This document shows, piece by piece, positions 36,098 through 45,080 of a stretch of 48,435 nucleotides of DNA; the stretch's first letter is position 1; every line of letters starts with the position of its first letter. The position numbers and the translations under genes are program-made. Below the pieces are notes generated by a model. That model saw only the letters and a list, made by a program, of their open reading frames with translations, made no database searches and had not been told where the DNA came from. The stretch comes from Gemmatimonadales bacterium. Its GTDB lineage: Bacteria > Gemmatimonadota > Gemmatimonadetes > Gemmatimonadales > JACORV01. The DNA lies in the NCBI GenBank assembly GCA_017881505.1, contig JADGQW010000001.1:1-48435 (forward strand), in the 5' to 3' direction.

Positions 36098-36282
36098 TCC
36101 CCTTCCACCGGGTGCTCATCTCGACGGCGATCGTCTTCTGTGCCGGCTTCGCGGTCTGGGGCTGGCAGGAATACCAGCGCTCGCAGACCACGTGGGCACT
36201 GGCGTCGGCGATCGCGTTCGCCGTCTTCGCCATCGGCTTCGCGATCTATCTGACCCAGCTCAAGCGGTTCCTCGGCAAGTGA
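36094..36282 (+). CDS. Small two-TM membrane protein of unknown function embedded in the oxidase operon
   Basis: 62 aa (MIPFHRVLISTAIVFCAGFAVWGWQEYQRSQTTWALASAIAFAVFAIGFAIYLTQLKRFLGK). ATGA overlap with the subunit IV stop and GTGA overlap with the ctaA start. Very high GC3. Confidence 0.6.
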   Translation: MIPFHRVLISTAIVFCAGFAVWGWQEYQRSQTTWALASAIAFAVFAIGFAIYLTQLKRFLGK

Positions 36283-37244
36283 CCGCGCCGGCGCGGTTCC
36301 AGGCGGGGCTCCACCGGTTCGCCGTGCTGGTGGCCTGCGGCACCGCGGCGCTCGTCTTCGCGGGCGGCCTCGTGACCAGCACCGGCTCCGGCCTCTCGGT
36401 GCCCGACTGGCCCCTCTCCTTCGGCCAGGTGATGCCGGTGATGCGGGGGGGCGTCCTCTTCGAGCACGGGCACCGGATGCTCGCCGCGACGGTGGGGCTG
36501 CTGACCATCGGGCTGATGGCCTGGCTGCTGCGGCGCGAGACGCGCGGGTGGGTGCGCCGCCTCGGCGTGGCCGCGCTCGGCCTCGTGGTGCTGCAGGGGA
36601 TCCTGGGGGGCCTCACGGTGCTCCTCCAGCTCCCGACGATCGTCTCGGTGGCGCACGCGGGCATGGCGGAGCTGTTCCTCTGCCTCACCGCCGCCATCGC
36701 GCTGGTGACGTCGCGCGGCTGGATCGAGGCCCCCGCCCCCGTACCCGACGCCGGGACTCCCTCGCTCCGCGCGCTCTCCGCCGGCGCGGCGTTCGTGGTG
36801 TACGGGCAGATCCTCCTCGGCGCGCTGGTGCGCCACTCGGGCGCCGGGCTCGCGATCCCCGACTTCCCGCTGGCGTTCGGGCGCCTCGTGCCGCCCCTGG
36901 ACTCGGCCCTCGTGGCGTACCACTTCGCGCACCGGGTCGGGGCCCTCGTCACCTCCGTGTGCCTCGTCTGGCTCGTGGTGCGGCTCCTGCGCGCGCCGCT
37001 GGCGCCCTTCGCCCTCCGGCGGCCGGCGCTCCTCCTCGTCGCGCTCCTCGCCCTCCAGATCTTCCTCGGCGCGCTCACGATCTGGAGCCGGCGCGCCGTG
37101 ATCCCGACGACCCTGCACCTCCTCTCCGGCGCCCTGATCCTCGTGACGACGGTGGTGATCGCGCTCCGCACGCGGCGGCTCCTCGCCTCCGGCGTGCGCG
37201 AGCCCGCCCTCGCGGGCGGCGCGCTCGCGGAGACCTCGGCGTGA
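36279..37244 (+). CDS. ctaA: Heme A synthase (COX15/CtaA family)
   Basis: 321 aa from GTG 36279. Motifs GGLVTSTGSGLSVPDWPL, FEHGHRMLA, LGALVRHSGAGLAIPDFP and AYHFAHR. Eight TM segments. Confidence 0.85.
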   Translation: MTAPARFQAGLHRFAVLVACGTAALVFAGGLVTSTGSGLSVPDWPLSFGQVMPVMRGGVLFEHGHRMLAATVGLLTIGLMAWLLRRETRGWVRRLGVAALGLVVLQGILGGLTVLLQLPTIVSVAHAGMAELFLCLTAAIALVTSRGWIEAPAPVPDAGTPSLRALSAGAAFVVYGQILLGALVRHSGAGLAIPDFPLAFGRLVPPLDSALVAYHFAHRVGALVTSVCLVWLVVRLLRAPLAPFALRRPALLLVALLALQIFLGALTIWSRRAVIPTTLHLLSGALILVTTVVIALRTRRLLASGVREPALAGGALAETSA

Positions 37245-38131
37245 GCGTCGCCCTCGGCGCGCTACCTTCCGTGGCCGGCCGCGCGCGCGTCGCCGGCTTC
37301 GTGCAGCTCACCAAGCCGCGCATCACCGTGCTCGTGGTGCTGACCACGCTGGTGGGCTTCCTTGTGGCGGCGCCCCGGCCGCTACCGGTGCTCCTGCTGC
37401 TGCAGGTCCTCGTGGGGACGGCGCTGGCCGCGGGCGCCTCCGGCGCGCTGAACCAGTGGGCGGAGCGCCGCGCCGACGCGGAGATGCGGCGCACCGCGCG
37501 GCGCCCTCTCCCCTCCGGCACGCTCACGCCGCGGGAGGCGCTGGTGTTCGGCCTCCTCCTCACCGCGGCGGGCACCGTGTACCTGGCCCTCACGGCGGGC
37601 CCGCTCGCGAGCGCGGTGGCGGCGCTCACCGTGTTCAGCTATCTGCTCCTCTACACGCCCCTCAAGCGCGTCACCTCGCTGGCCACCATCGTCGGTGCCG
37701 TCCCCGGCGCCCTCCCGCCGCTGATCGGCTGGGCGGCGGCGCGTGGCCGCCTGGGCGTGGAGGCGTGGGTGCTGTTCGGCATCGTGTTCCTCTGGCAGAT
37801 GCCGCACTTCCTGGCGCTGGCGCAGCTGTATCGCGCCGACTACGCCCGGGCCGGGTTCCGCATGCTCACCGTCGAGGACGCCAGCGGCGCCAGCGCCGGG
37901 CGGCAGGCGCTGCTCTATGCGCTCGCCCTCGTGCCCGTCAGCCTCCTTCCCACGCCCCTCGGGATGGCCGGCGGCGTCTACTTCGCGGGCGCGCTCGTCC
38001 TCGGCATCGGGTTCCTCCTGAGCGGCGTCGGCATGGCGCTCGACCCGTCGAGCCCCGCCGCCGCGCGGCGCCTCTTCCACGCCTCCCTCCTCTACCTGCC
38101 GGCGGTGTGCGTGCTGCTCCTCGTCGGGTGA
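37241..38131 (+). CDS. ctaB: Protoheme IX farnesyltransferase (heme O synthase)
   Basis: 296 aa. GTGA overlap with the ctaA stop. Motifs LTKPRIT, NQWAERRADAEMRRTARRPLPSG and YTPLKR (UbiA family). Confidence 0.9.
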   Translation: MSVALGALPSVAGRARVAGFVQLTKPRITVLVVLTTLVGFLVAAPRPLPVLLLLQVLVGTALAAGASGALNQWAERRADAEMRRTARRPLPSGTLTPREALVFGLLLTAAGTVYLALTAGPLASAVAALTVFSYLLLYTPLKRVTSLATIVGAVPGALPPLIGWAAARGRLGVEAWVLFGIVFLWQMPHFLALAQLYRADYARAGFRMLTVEDASGASAGRQALLYALALVPVSLLPTPLGMAGGVYFAGALVLGIGFLLSGVGMALDPSSPAAARRLFHASLLYLPAVCVLLLVG

Positions 38132-38141
38132 GGGCGTCGCG

Positions 38142-38564
38142 GTGCTGACGCTCCAGGACCTCCCCGCCGTCAACGCGACCCTCAACGGCACGACCGCGCT
38201 CCTCCTCTCGACCGGCTACCTCTTGATCCGCCGCGGCCTGCGCCGGGCGCACCGCGCGGTGATGCTCGCCGCCGTCGCCCTCTCCACCGCCTTCCTCGCG
38301 TCGTACCTCTGGTACCACGCGCACGCCGGCGTCACGCGCTTCCCCGGGCGCGGCTGGATTCGTCCCGTCTACTTCGCTATCCTCCTCTCGCACACGGTCC
38401 TCGCCGCCGCGATCGTCCCCCTCGTCCTGGTGACGCTGGCGCGCGGGCTCCGGGCCGACTTCCCGCGGCACGCGCGCCTCGCGCGCTGGACGTTGCCCGT
38501 ATGGCTCTACGTGTCGGTGACCGGCGTCGTCATCTACGTGATGCTCTACCGGCTCTCCTGGTAG
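38142..38564 (+). CDS. DUF420-family membrane protein (CtaM-like oxidase accessory factor)
   Basis: 140 aa with four TM segments. The N-terminal LPAVNATLNGTTALLL and HR..M motifs are typical of DUF420. Positioned after ctaB. Confidence 0.75.
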   Translation: MLTLQDLPAVNATLNGTTALLLSTGYLLIRRGLRRAHRAVMLAAVALSTAFLASYLWYHAHAGVTRFPGRGWIRPVYFAILLSHTVLAAAIVPLVLVTLARGLRADFPRHARLARWTLPVWLYVSVTGVVIYVMLYRLSW

Positions 38565-38581
38565 CCCCGCTCGCGCCCGCC

Positions 38582-38761
38582 GTGGCGTGGGCCCAGCACG
38601 TCCATCCCGCCGCCGACAACCACCGCCTCCACACCTCGATGTGGTGGAGCGCGCTCCTCATCGGCCTGATGCCCTACGCGCTCGCCCTCCTCGTGCTGGG
38701 CGTGGTCCTCTATCAGCGCCGGCGGCGCACGCGGAAGGGACCCGATGACGGTTCCGCCTGA
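38582..38761 (+). CDS. Possible small His-rich single-TM protein
   Basis: Open frame with very high GC3. Translation VAWAQHVHPAADNHRLHTSMWWSALLIGLMPYALALLVLGVVLYQRRRRTRKGPDDGSA. No clear RBS, and the start is uncertain (GTG 38582 or ATG near 38638). Its 3' end overlaps the response-regulator start. Confidence 0.3.
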   Translation: MAWAQHVHPAADNHRLHTSMWWSALLIGLMPYALALLVLGVVLYQRRRRTRKGPDDGSA

Positions 38762-39128
38762 TGCGCCGCAGCGCACGCTCCTCATCGTGGACGACGACGA
38801 CGACATGGCGACGGCGTTCAGGCGGGTGCTGGAGCGGGAGGGCTGGACGGTGCACCGGGCGCGCACCGGCACCGAGGCCATCGCCCTCTCCGCCGGCATG
38901 GGAGAGCTGGGCGGGGCGCTCGTGGACCTGGTCCTGCCGGGCGCCGGCGGCGTCGAGGTCGTGCGGCAGCTGCGTCGCGCCCACCCCTCCTGCCGGATCG
39001 TCGCGGTGACGGGGCTCGGCGCGCCGGCGATCGCGAGCGCCTTCCGGGACGCCGGCGCCGACGCCTTCTTCGCGAAGCCCGTGGACGTCCACGCGCTCCT
39101 CGACGCCCTCGGCGGGCCGCCGGCGTAG
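38745..39128 (+). CDS. Single-domain CheY-like response regulator
   Basis: 127 aa. Acidic pocket LLIVDDDDD, phospho-acceptor context ALVDLVLPG, and a conserved Thr (VTG) and Lys (AKP). GGAAGGGA RBS. Confidence 0.85.
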   Translation: MTVPPDAPQRTLLIVDDDDDMATAFRRVLEREGWTVHRARTGTEAIALSAGMGELGGALVDLVLPGAGGVEVVRQLRRAHPSCRIVAVTGLGAPAIASAFRDAGADAFFAKPVDVHALLDALGGPPA

Positions 39129-39149
39129 CGCTCCCGCAGCGCGCCCCGC

Positions 39150-41537
39150 GTGACCGGACTCCTCACCGACACCAGCTGCGCCCACTGCGGCCTCGACACC
39201 GGCCCCGCCCCGCGCGTCGCGGGGGGGCGGCGCTTCTGCTGCGCCGGCTGCGAGGCCGTCTACACCATCCTCCACGACGAAGGGCTCGGCGCCTTCTACG
39301 ACGCCGGTGGGGTCGGGAACGCGCCTGCCAAGGGGGCCGGGACGCCCCCCGCCCCGACCCTTCCCGCAGTGCTCGGCCCCCTCGAGGCCGCCGGCGCCGC
39401 CGAGCTCGACGTCGCGGGGATGCGCTGCGCCTCGTGCGCCTGGCTCATCGAGCGGTACATCGGCGGGAGGCCCGGCGTAGGAGACGTCCGGGTGTCCTAC
39501 GCCATGGCCACGGCCACCCTCCGCTGGGATCCGGCCCGCACCTCCCTGGCCGCGCTCCTCCAGTCTCTCGAGCGCATCGGCTACCGCGCACGCCCTGCCG
39601 ACCGCCGGCTCCGCGTCCTCCAGGAGGGACGGGAGGGGCGGATGCTCGCCGTCCGCGCCGGCCTCGCCCTCTTCCTGGCCATGAACGTGATGCTGGCCTC
39701 AGTGGGGCTCTACGCCGGGGAGTTGCAGGGGATGTCCGCCGGCACCCGTGGTCTGCTGCGCATGGTCGCAGGCCTCCTCGCGCTCCCCGTGGTGCTGTGG
39801 GGTGGCTGGCCCTTCCTGAAGGGCGCCCTGGCCGCTCTGCGTGCCGGCCGCGCCACGATGGACACGCTGGTGGCCGTAGGGAGCGTCACCGCCCTCGCCG
39901 CCTCGCTGCTGGGGCTCCTGCGCGGGGGGCCGGTCTACTTCGACTCCGCCGCGATGATCGTCGCCCTGGTCCTCGCCGGGCGGGCGATCGAGCACGGGGC
40001 GCGCCGGAAGGGCTTGCGGGCCGTACGCGGCCTCCTGGCGCTGGAGCCCGCCACGGCGCGGCTGGCGGGCGGGGAGGAGCTGGTGGACGCCGCCGGCCTC
40101 CAGGTCGGACAGGAGGTGGAGGTGCGTCCGGGGGAGCGGTTCCCGTGCGACGGCACCGTGCTTTCGGGCCGGACCGAGGCCGACGAGTCGCTGCTCACCG
40201 GGGAATCTGCACCGCGGGAAACGGGCCCCGGCGACGTGGTGCACGGCGGCGCGCTGAACGGCTGGGGAGCGGTGCGGGTCCGGGCGGACCGCGTGGGGGC
40301 GGAGACGGCGGTAGGGCGCATCATCCGAGCGGTGGAGCACGCCGTCGCCGCGCGCGCGCCCCTGGAGCGACTCGCCGACCGCGTGACCGGGGTGTTCGTG
40401 CCGGCCGTCCTCCTCCTCGGCCTCGCGACGGCCGCGGGATGGTGGCTCGCCACCGGCGATGGGGCGCGCGCGGTCATGACGGGGGTCGCCGTGGTGATCA
40501 TCGCCTGCCCCTGTGCCCTCGGCCTCGCGACCCCCGCGGCCCTTGTGGTCGCGCTCGGCGGAGCGGCGCGGCGGGGCATCTTCTTCCGCGACGGTGAGGC
40601 GCTGGAGCGCGCGGCAGTGGTGCGGCGTGTGGTTTTTGACAAGACGGGGACCCTCACCGACGGCGCGTTCCGGGTGCGCGAGATCCGGCCCGAGCCCGGC
40701 TGGAGTCCCGAGGAGGTGCTGCGGCTCGCCGCCGGAGCGGAATCCGGCTCGGAGCACGCGCTCGGCCGCGCGCTCGTGCTCGCGGCACGCGAGAGGGGCT
40801 TGGCCGTCGCGCAGCCGGAGGGGTTCCGGGCATTCGCCGGACGCGGGGTCGAGGCGCGGGTGGAGGGCCGCACCGTGCTGGTCGGGAGCCGCGCCTTCCT
40901 GCACGCGCGCGGCGTGCCGGCGGGCGGGAGTCCCCTCGAGGGGTCGGCCGCCGCCGTCGCCGTGGACGGTTCTCTCGCGGGGGTCGTGCTGGCCGGGGAC
41001 ACGATCCGCCCCGAGGCCCGGGCTGCGGTCGAGCGCCTCGTCGCCCTGGGCGTGGACGTGGCGGTGCTCTCGGGCGACGCCGAAGCGCCGGTCCGCCGCG
41101 CGGCGGCGGAAGCCGGCGTGCCCGCCGCGGCGGCCCACCACGGCCTCTCTCCCGAGGCGAAGGCGAGGTTTGTGGAGGGATGGCGTGCGCGGAACGAGGA
41201 GACGGCGATGGTGGGCGACGGCGTGAACGACGCGCCCGCCCTGGTCGCCGCGGGGGTCGGCATCGCGCTCGGCACCGGGACCGACGTGGCGCTCGAGTCC
41301 GCGGACATCGCGCTCTCCGGGGCGGACCTGCGCGGCGTTCCTGACGCGCTGGGCATCGCTCGGCGCGCGCGGCGGGTGGTGCAGGAGAACCTGGGGTGGG
41401 CCCTGGGCTACAATCTGGTGGCGGTGCCGCTGGCGATGGCGGGGCTCGTCCATCCGGCAATCGCCGCGGCGGCGATGGCCTTCTCCTCGGTGAGCGTGCT
41501 GCTCAACGCGCTGCGCGCGGGCGCCTCCGGGCCCTGA
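39150..41537 (+). CDS. P1B-type copper-translocating ATPase, FixI/CcoI-like
   Basis: 795 aa. N-terminal Cys-rich ATPase-cat_bd-like domain (CAHCG...FCCAGCEAVY), HMA domain (GMRCASCAWLIE), TGES, CPC (ACPCALGLATP), DKTGTLT and GDGVNDAP. GTG start. Confidence 0.9.
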   Translation: MTGLLTDTSCAHCGLDTGPAPRVAGGRRFCCAGCEAVYTILHDEGLGAFYDAGGVGNAPAKGAGTPPAPTLPAVLGPLEAAGAAELDVAGMRCASCAWLIERYIGGRPGVGDVRVSYAMATATLRWDPARTSLAALLQSLERIGYRARPADRRLRVLQEGREGRMLAVRAGLALFLAMNVMLASVGLYAGELQGMSAGTRGLLRMVAGLLALPVVLWGGWPFLKGALAALRAGRATMDTLVAVGSVTALAASLLGLLRGGPVYFDSAAMIVALVLAGRAIEHGARRKGLRAVRGLLALEPATARLAGGEELVDAAGLQVGQEVEVRPGERFPCDGTVLSGRTEADESLLTGESAPRETGPGDVVHGGALNGWGAVRVRADRVGAETAVGRIIRAVEHAVAARAPLERLADRVTGVFVPAVLLLGLATAAGWWLATGDGARAVMTGVAVVIIACPCALGLATPAALVVALGGAARRGIFFRDGEALERAAVVRRVVFDKTGTLTDGAFRVREIRPEPGWSPEEVLRLAAGAESGSEHALGRALVLAARERGLAVAQPEGFRAFAGRGVEARVEGRTVLVGSRAFLHARGVPAGGSPLEGSAAAVAVDGSLAGVVLAGDTIRPEARAAVERLVALGVDVAVLSGDAEAPVRRAAAEAGVPAAAAHHGLSPEAKARFVEGWRARNEETAMVGDGVNDAPALVAAGVGIALGTGTDVALESADIALSGADLRGVPDALGIARRARRVVQENLGWALGYNLVAVPLAMAGLVHPAIAAAAMAFSSVSVLLNALRAGASGP

Positions 41538-41558
41538 CCTTGCCCGCCCACTGACGGA

Positions 41559-41593
41559 CGAACGCCCCCGGCCGACGTGGCCGGGGGCGTTCG
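41559..41593. terminator. Bidirectional GC hairpin between the convergent ATPase and lipoprotein genes
   Basis: CGAACGCCCCCGGCC-GACGT-GGCCGGGGGCGTTCG, a perfect 15-bp stem. No U-tract. Confidence 0.6.
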
Positions 41594-41620
41594 CATGACC
41601 TCACGCCGAACCGTCTCCTA

Positions 41621-43558
41621 CTAGTAGATCACCAGCCGGTACGGCCGCGTCGCGCCGCCCGTGCCGTATGCGTTCACATAGATGTTGTACGAACCCGCCG
41701 CCAGGTTCGTCACCGTGAGGGCCTCCGGGTTGGTGGACCCGGCGCTCTGAGCCGCCGCCGTGTTGCAGCCCACGTCGCAGAGGTAGAGATCAAGGTCCGG
41801 GTCGTTCGCCGTGCCGGCGGAACTGTTGGTCCCGAACCACTGCAGCGAGATATGGACGGTGCGCGCGCTCGCCAGCGTGAAGCTGAAGAAGTCGTCGGCG
41901 TCCGACGCGTCGTTCTCGGCCCCGTACAGGATGAACGGGTTGCCGGCGGTCGCGGTCAGGAAGGTGATGGTGACCGAGTCCGGCGCGTTGTTGGCCGGCT
42001 CGTTCAGCTCACCCGAAGGGCTTGCGGTGATCACGACGTTACCCGAGGTGGCGAGGCTCGGGATGATCGTCCCGCCGACGTTGACCCTGGAGATCGAGAT
42101 CGGCGTGGAACTCGGCCGCTTGGCGATGACGTACACGCTGTCCAACGTCGTGGCGGAGGCGGCGAACTTCGTCACGATCCACGCCGGCGCGCCGCCGATC
42201 GTCACCACCGAGCCGGTGTCGAGCTTCGTGATCGCGGTGCCGAGCACCCTGACGGTGTCAAGCAGCTTGCCAGCCGTCACCACCGTCCCGCCGAACGCCG
42301 ACTGGTTCATCGTGTAGCTGGCGGGTGACTTGACGGAGATGGACGCAGTTCCGACGAGCACGCGTGTGACCGTGACCACCCCCGTGTAATTCACCGGGGA
42401 AATGACCTTGAGGCTCACGGAATCCCTGGCGAGCACGATGGCCGCGCTGGCTCCGAACGACACGCCGGACCCGCTCGATCCGGTGGTGAACATCGAGCCC
42501 GGCTGCGCGGTCAGGAACATGGTATCGCCGACCTGGGTGATCGTGCCCCCGAAGGTCGGTGCGTTCATGGTGTAGCTGGTGAGCGCGGGGAGGGTCACCA
42601 ACGCCGCGCCGACGTGCACGTTCGTGACCGTGATCCCGCCTGTGTACGCTCTCGGCGAGAAGACCTTGAGGCTCACCGCGTCATTGAAGAACACGATCGC
42701 TGCGGTGGTATCGAACATCACCACGGACCTGCTGGATCCCGTACTGAGCGTCGACCCCGCCTGCGCGGACACGAACATCGTGTCGCCCACCTGCGTCACC
42801 GTGCCGCGGAACCGCGACCTGGCGACCAGGACGCTGTCGCTCTGCAGGCTGTCGATGTAGATGCTGCCGACCTCCGTCGGACCGGTCCACGTGAGATTGG
42901 TCACCCACGGGCGACCGCGGAACGGCTTCACCGGCGCGAGCACCTTGATAGCCGTGCCGCTACGCGAGATGATAGAAGTGGTGTCCGACCCGAAATGGAC
43001 GCTGGTCGAGTCGGTGGTCGTCAGGTTGCTCCCGGCCGTCGTGGTGATGGTCAAGGTGTCGCCGGCGGAGAACACGAACGCCGGAATCGCCGGCGGGCCG
43101 GCGATGCCGGGGATGGTGTCCGCGCTCGCCGTTCCCGAGACCACCGGGGTCGCGAGGGCGGTCAGGCGCGCCGGGAGGTTGAGGACGCGCACGCTGGACG
43201 TGAGACCGCCGTACGTCGCAATGATGTGCGCCACGCCGCCGCCCGGGCCGACCGCCAGGACGAACGCCTTGGCGAACACGCCATAGGGGATGGGCTTGGA
43301 GGTATCGCTGGCGACGGTGGCGACGGCGGCGTTGTCCGTGGTCCACGTCAGCCCCACGGCATCGTAGCTGTTGCCCTGGTCGTCCTTCACCTCCGCCTGG
43401 ATGGACAGACTATCGCCGGTCACCAGCGTCATGGCGGTGCGCGTCACCTCGATGCGCGTCGCGCCGTTCCGCAGGGAACTGGTCGGATCCTTGAAGCATG
43501 CCACGGCGCCAGCGGCCACCACCGCCGCCGCAAGCACAATCGAACTCAGATGCTTCAT
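41621..43558 (-). CDS. Surface/periplasmic lipoprotein: Big_2-like domain, about four tandem Ig/IPT-like repeats and a C-terminal PPC (pre-peptidase C-terminal) domain
   Basis: 645 aa. Lipobox AGAVAC. Big_2-like LVTGDSLSIQAEVKDDQGN. About 85-aa internal repeats (GTVTQVGDTMFVSAQAGS... and GTITQVGDTMFLTAQPGS...). PPC-like tail DDFFSFTLASARTVHISL...DLDLYLCD...AGSYNIYVNAYG. Confidence 0.75.
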   Translation of the reverse strand: MKHLSSIVLAAAVVAAGAVACFKDPTSSLRNGATRIEVTRTAMTLVTGDSLSIQAEVKDDQGNSYDAVGLTWTTDNAAVATVASDTSKPIPYGVFAKAFVLAVGPGGGVAHIIATYGGLTSSVRVLNLPARLTALATPVVSGTASADTIPGIAGPPAIPAFVFSAGDTLTITTTAGSNLTTTDSTSVHFGSDTTSIISRSGTAIKVLAPVKPFRGRPWVTNLTWTGPTEVGSIYIDSLQSDSVLVARSRFRGTVTQVGDTMFVSAQAGSTLSTGSSRSVVMFDTTAAIVFFNDAVSLKVFSPRAYTGGITVTNVHVGAALVTLPALTSYTMNAPTFGGTITQVGDTMFLTAQPGSMFTTGSSGSGVSFGASAAIVLARDSVSLKVISPVNYTGVVTVTRVLVGTASISVKSPASYTMNQSAFGGTVVTAGKLLDTVRVLGTAITKLDTGSVVTIGGAPAWIVTKFAASATTLDSVYVIAKRPSSTPISISRVNVGGTIIPSLATSGNVVITASPSGELNEPANNAPDSVTITFLTATAGNPFILYGAENDASDADDFFSFTLASARTVHISLQWFGTNSSAGTANDPDLDLYLCDVGCNTAAAQSAGSTNPEALTVTNLAAGSYNIYVNAYGTGGATRPYRLVIY

Positions 43559-43591
43559 GATGCCCCTCGCTCAGGTTTCGTGGAACCTGCT

Positions 43592-45019
43592 TTAATCCGG
43601 CTCGGAACTCGTTGTAGTCGACAACCCCAGGAACCGCTTCACATCGTCCGCACCTTCGCTGCCGATCAGGCTCTCCCACTCCTGCCGTCCCGGCTCGCGC
43701 CGGTCGTTCGTGGCGATGAGCTCGTAGTCCCCCATGCTGTTGCGATCGAGGAACACGTACCAGTAACCCCGGTCCCTGGTGTATTTCCAGACTTCATACG
43801 CTCTCGGCGATGCGACCGGACGCTGCAGCATCTCCTCCGGTCTGCCGTGGCGCAGGTAGATGCGGCCGCGGTCGGTGCGCCACCCGGGCATCGCCGCCAC
43901 CCGGCCCTGCTGGAAGGCGCTGTTCGCGTACGCCACCTGGCGATAGAAGTCCGCCATCGCCTGGTTGGTCGCACTTCCCGGCGTCGGATTGCGGCGCCGC
44001 CAGAATTCCCGAAGGAACCGGCGCTTCCCGTCCACCGAGAGGTTGCCGTAGACGCCCCCCTCGGACCGCGCGTCGAGGATCAACTCCACAGGCGCGTACA
44101 GCGTGTCGAGCCGCGCTTCCGAGGCGCCCGCGAACGGATCGTCCGCCGCTCCCGCGGGCGTGGCAGCGAGATCCGCCGCCGCGACCGTCAGAGCCCCCAT
44201 CCGGAACGGCGCATCCGCCACCAGCGAGCTGTCACCCAACCGCATGCGGAGCCGCAGGCGGTACGACCCTTCGGGGAGCCCGGTCAGGTCGATCGAACCC
44301 CGGGTGATGCCTCCCTGCGGGCCCACCTGGACGGCGCGGGCGGGCGTCGAGACGATGCTCCGTCCGTCGTTGCCGACCACGTCCACGCGCAACTCCCCGG
44401 CCGGCGCGGCCCCCGCCCACGGGTACACCTCCGCGTAGTACGTCAACGCGGCTTCCGTGGGACTGAGGCGCGGCACCGGTGCGGTGCGCATCGCCAGGCC
44501 GGCCCGCCGGAACTCTCCCGGCTCGATCATCTCCGTATCGGAGACGGCCCGGCTGGCGCCGGTCCCGAGGGCGAGATCGGACATCGCCGGGCGGCCGGAG
44601 AAGGCCCGCACCTCGACGTCCCGTTCGATCGTCGTGCCGCTCTCGGGGACCGCCCGCAGGCGTACGCGGTACAGACCGGGCGCGGCGGAGAACTCGAACG
44701 ACTCCATCGCCGTCGCACCCGCGGCGCCCGCCACCGTCGGCGGCACCGCCCGCGCCCACCCTTCGCGCTGCAACTCCAGTCCGGCGCTGTCGAACACCGC
44801 CACCTCGAACCGATAGCGGACCTGCTGTCCCGCCACCGCGGGCAGCGCCGACAGACGCAACTCACACACCCCTTCGATTGTCGTGGTGCCGCTCGCCGGC
44901 CGGTACAGCCGGACCGCGCTCACCGTCAGCGGCTGGTCGCCGCCCTGCTGCCACGTGGCCCCGGCGCCTGCGAGCACCATCAGCGCGCCGACCGCCGGTG
45001 CCACCCAAGACGTTCTCAT
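43592..45019 (-). CDS. GWxTD domain-containing protein
   Basis: 475 aa with an N-terminal signal or anchor. The C-terminal block contains the PGWRTDRGRIYLRHGRPEE signature (GWxTD) and YEVWKY. Confidence 0.8.
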   Translation of the reverse strand: MRTSWVAPAVGALMVLAGAGATWQQGGDQPLTVSAVRLYRPASGTTTIEGVCELRLSALPAVAGQQVRYRFEVAVFDSAGLELQREGWARAVPPTVAGAAGATAMESFEFSAAPGLYRVRLRAVPESGTTIERDVEVRAFSGRPAMSDLALGTGASRAVSDTEMIEPGEFRRAGLAMRTAPVPRLSPTEAALTYYAEVYPWAGAAPAGELRVDVVGNDGRSIVSTPARAVQVGPQGGITRGSIDLTGLPEGSYRLRLRMRLGDSSLVADAPFRMGALTVAAADLAATPAGAADDPFAGASEARLDTLYAPVELILDARSEGGVYGNLSVDGKRRFLREFWRRRNPTPGSATNQAMADFYRQVAYANSAFQQGRVAAMPGWRTDRGRIYLRHGRPEEMLQRPVASPRAYEVWKYTRDRGYWYVFLDRNSMGDYELIATNDRREPGRQEWESLIGSEGADDVKRFLGLSTTTSSEPD

Positions 45020-45037
45020 CGCATCCTGACCGCCGGG

Positions 45038-45061
45038 GGCGGGGCCGCGAACGGCCCCGCC
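45038..45061 (-). terminator. GC hairpin after the porV-like gene
   Basis: GGCGGGGCC-N6-GGCCCCGCC, a perfect 9-bp stem, 20 nt after the stop. Confidence 0.4.
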
Positions 45062-45080
45062 GCCGGCGCAAGTTCCACGA

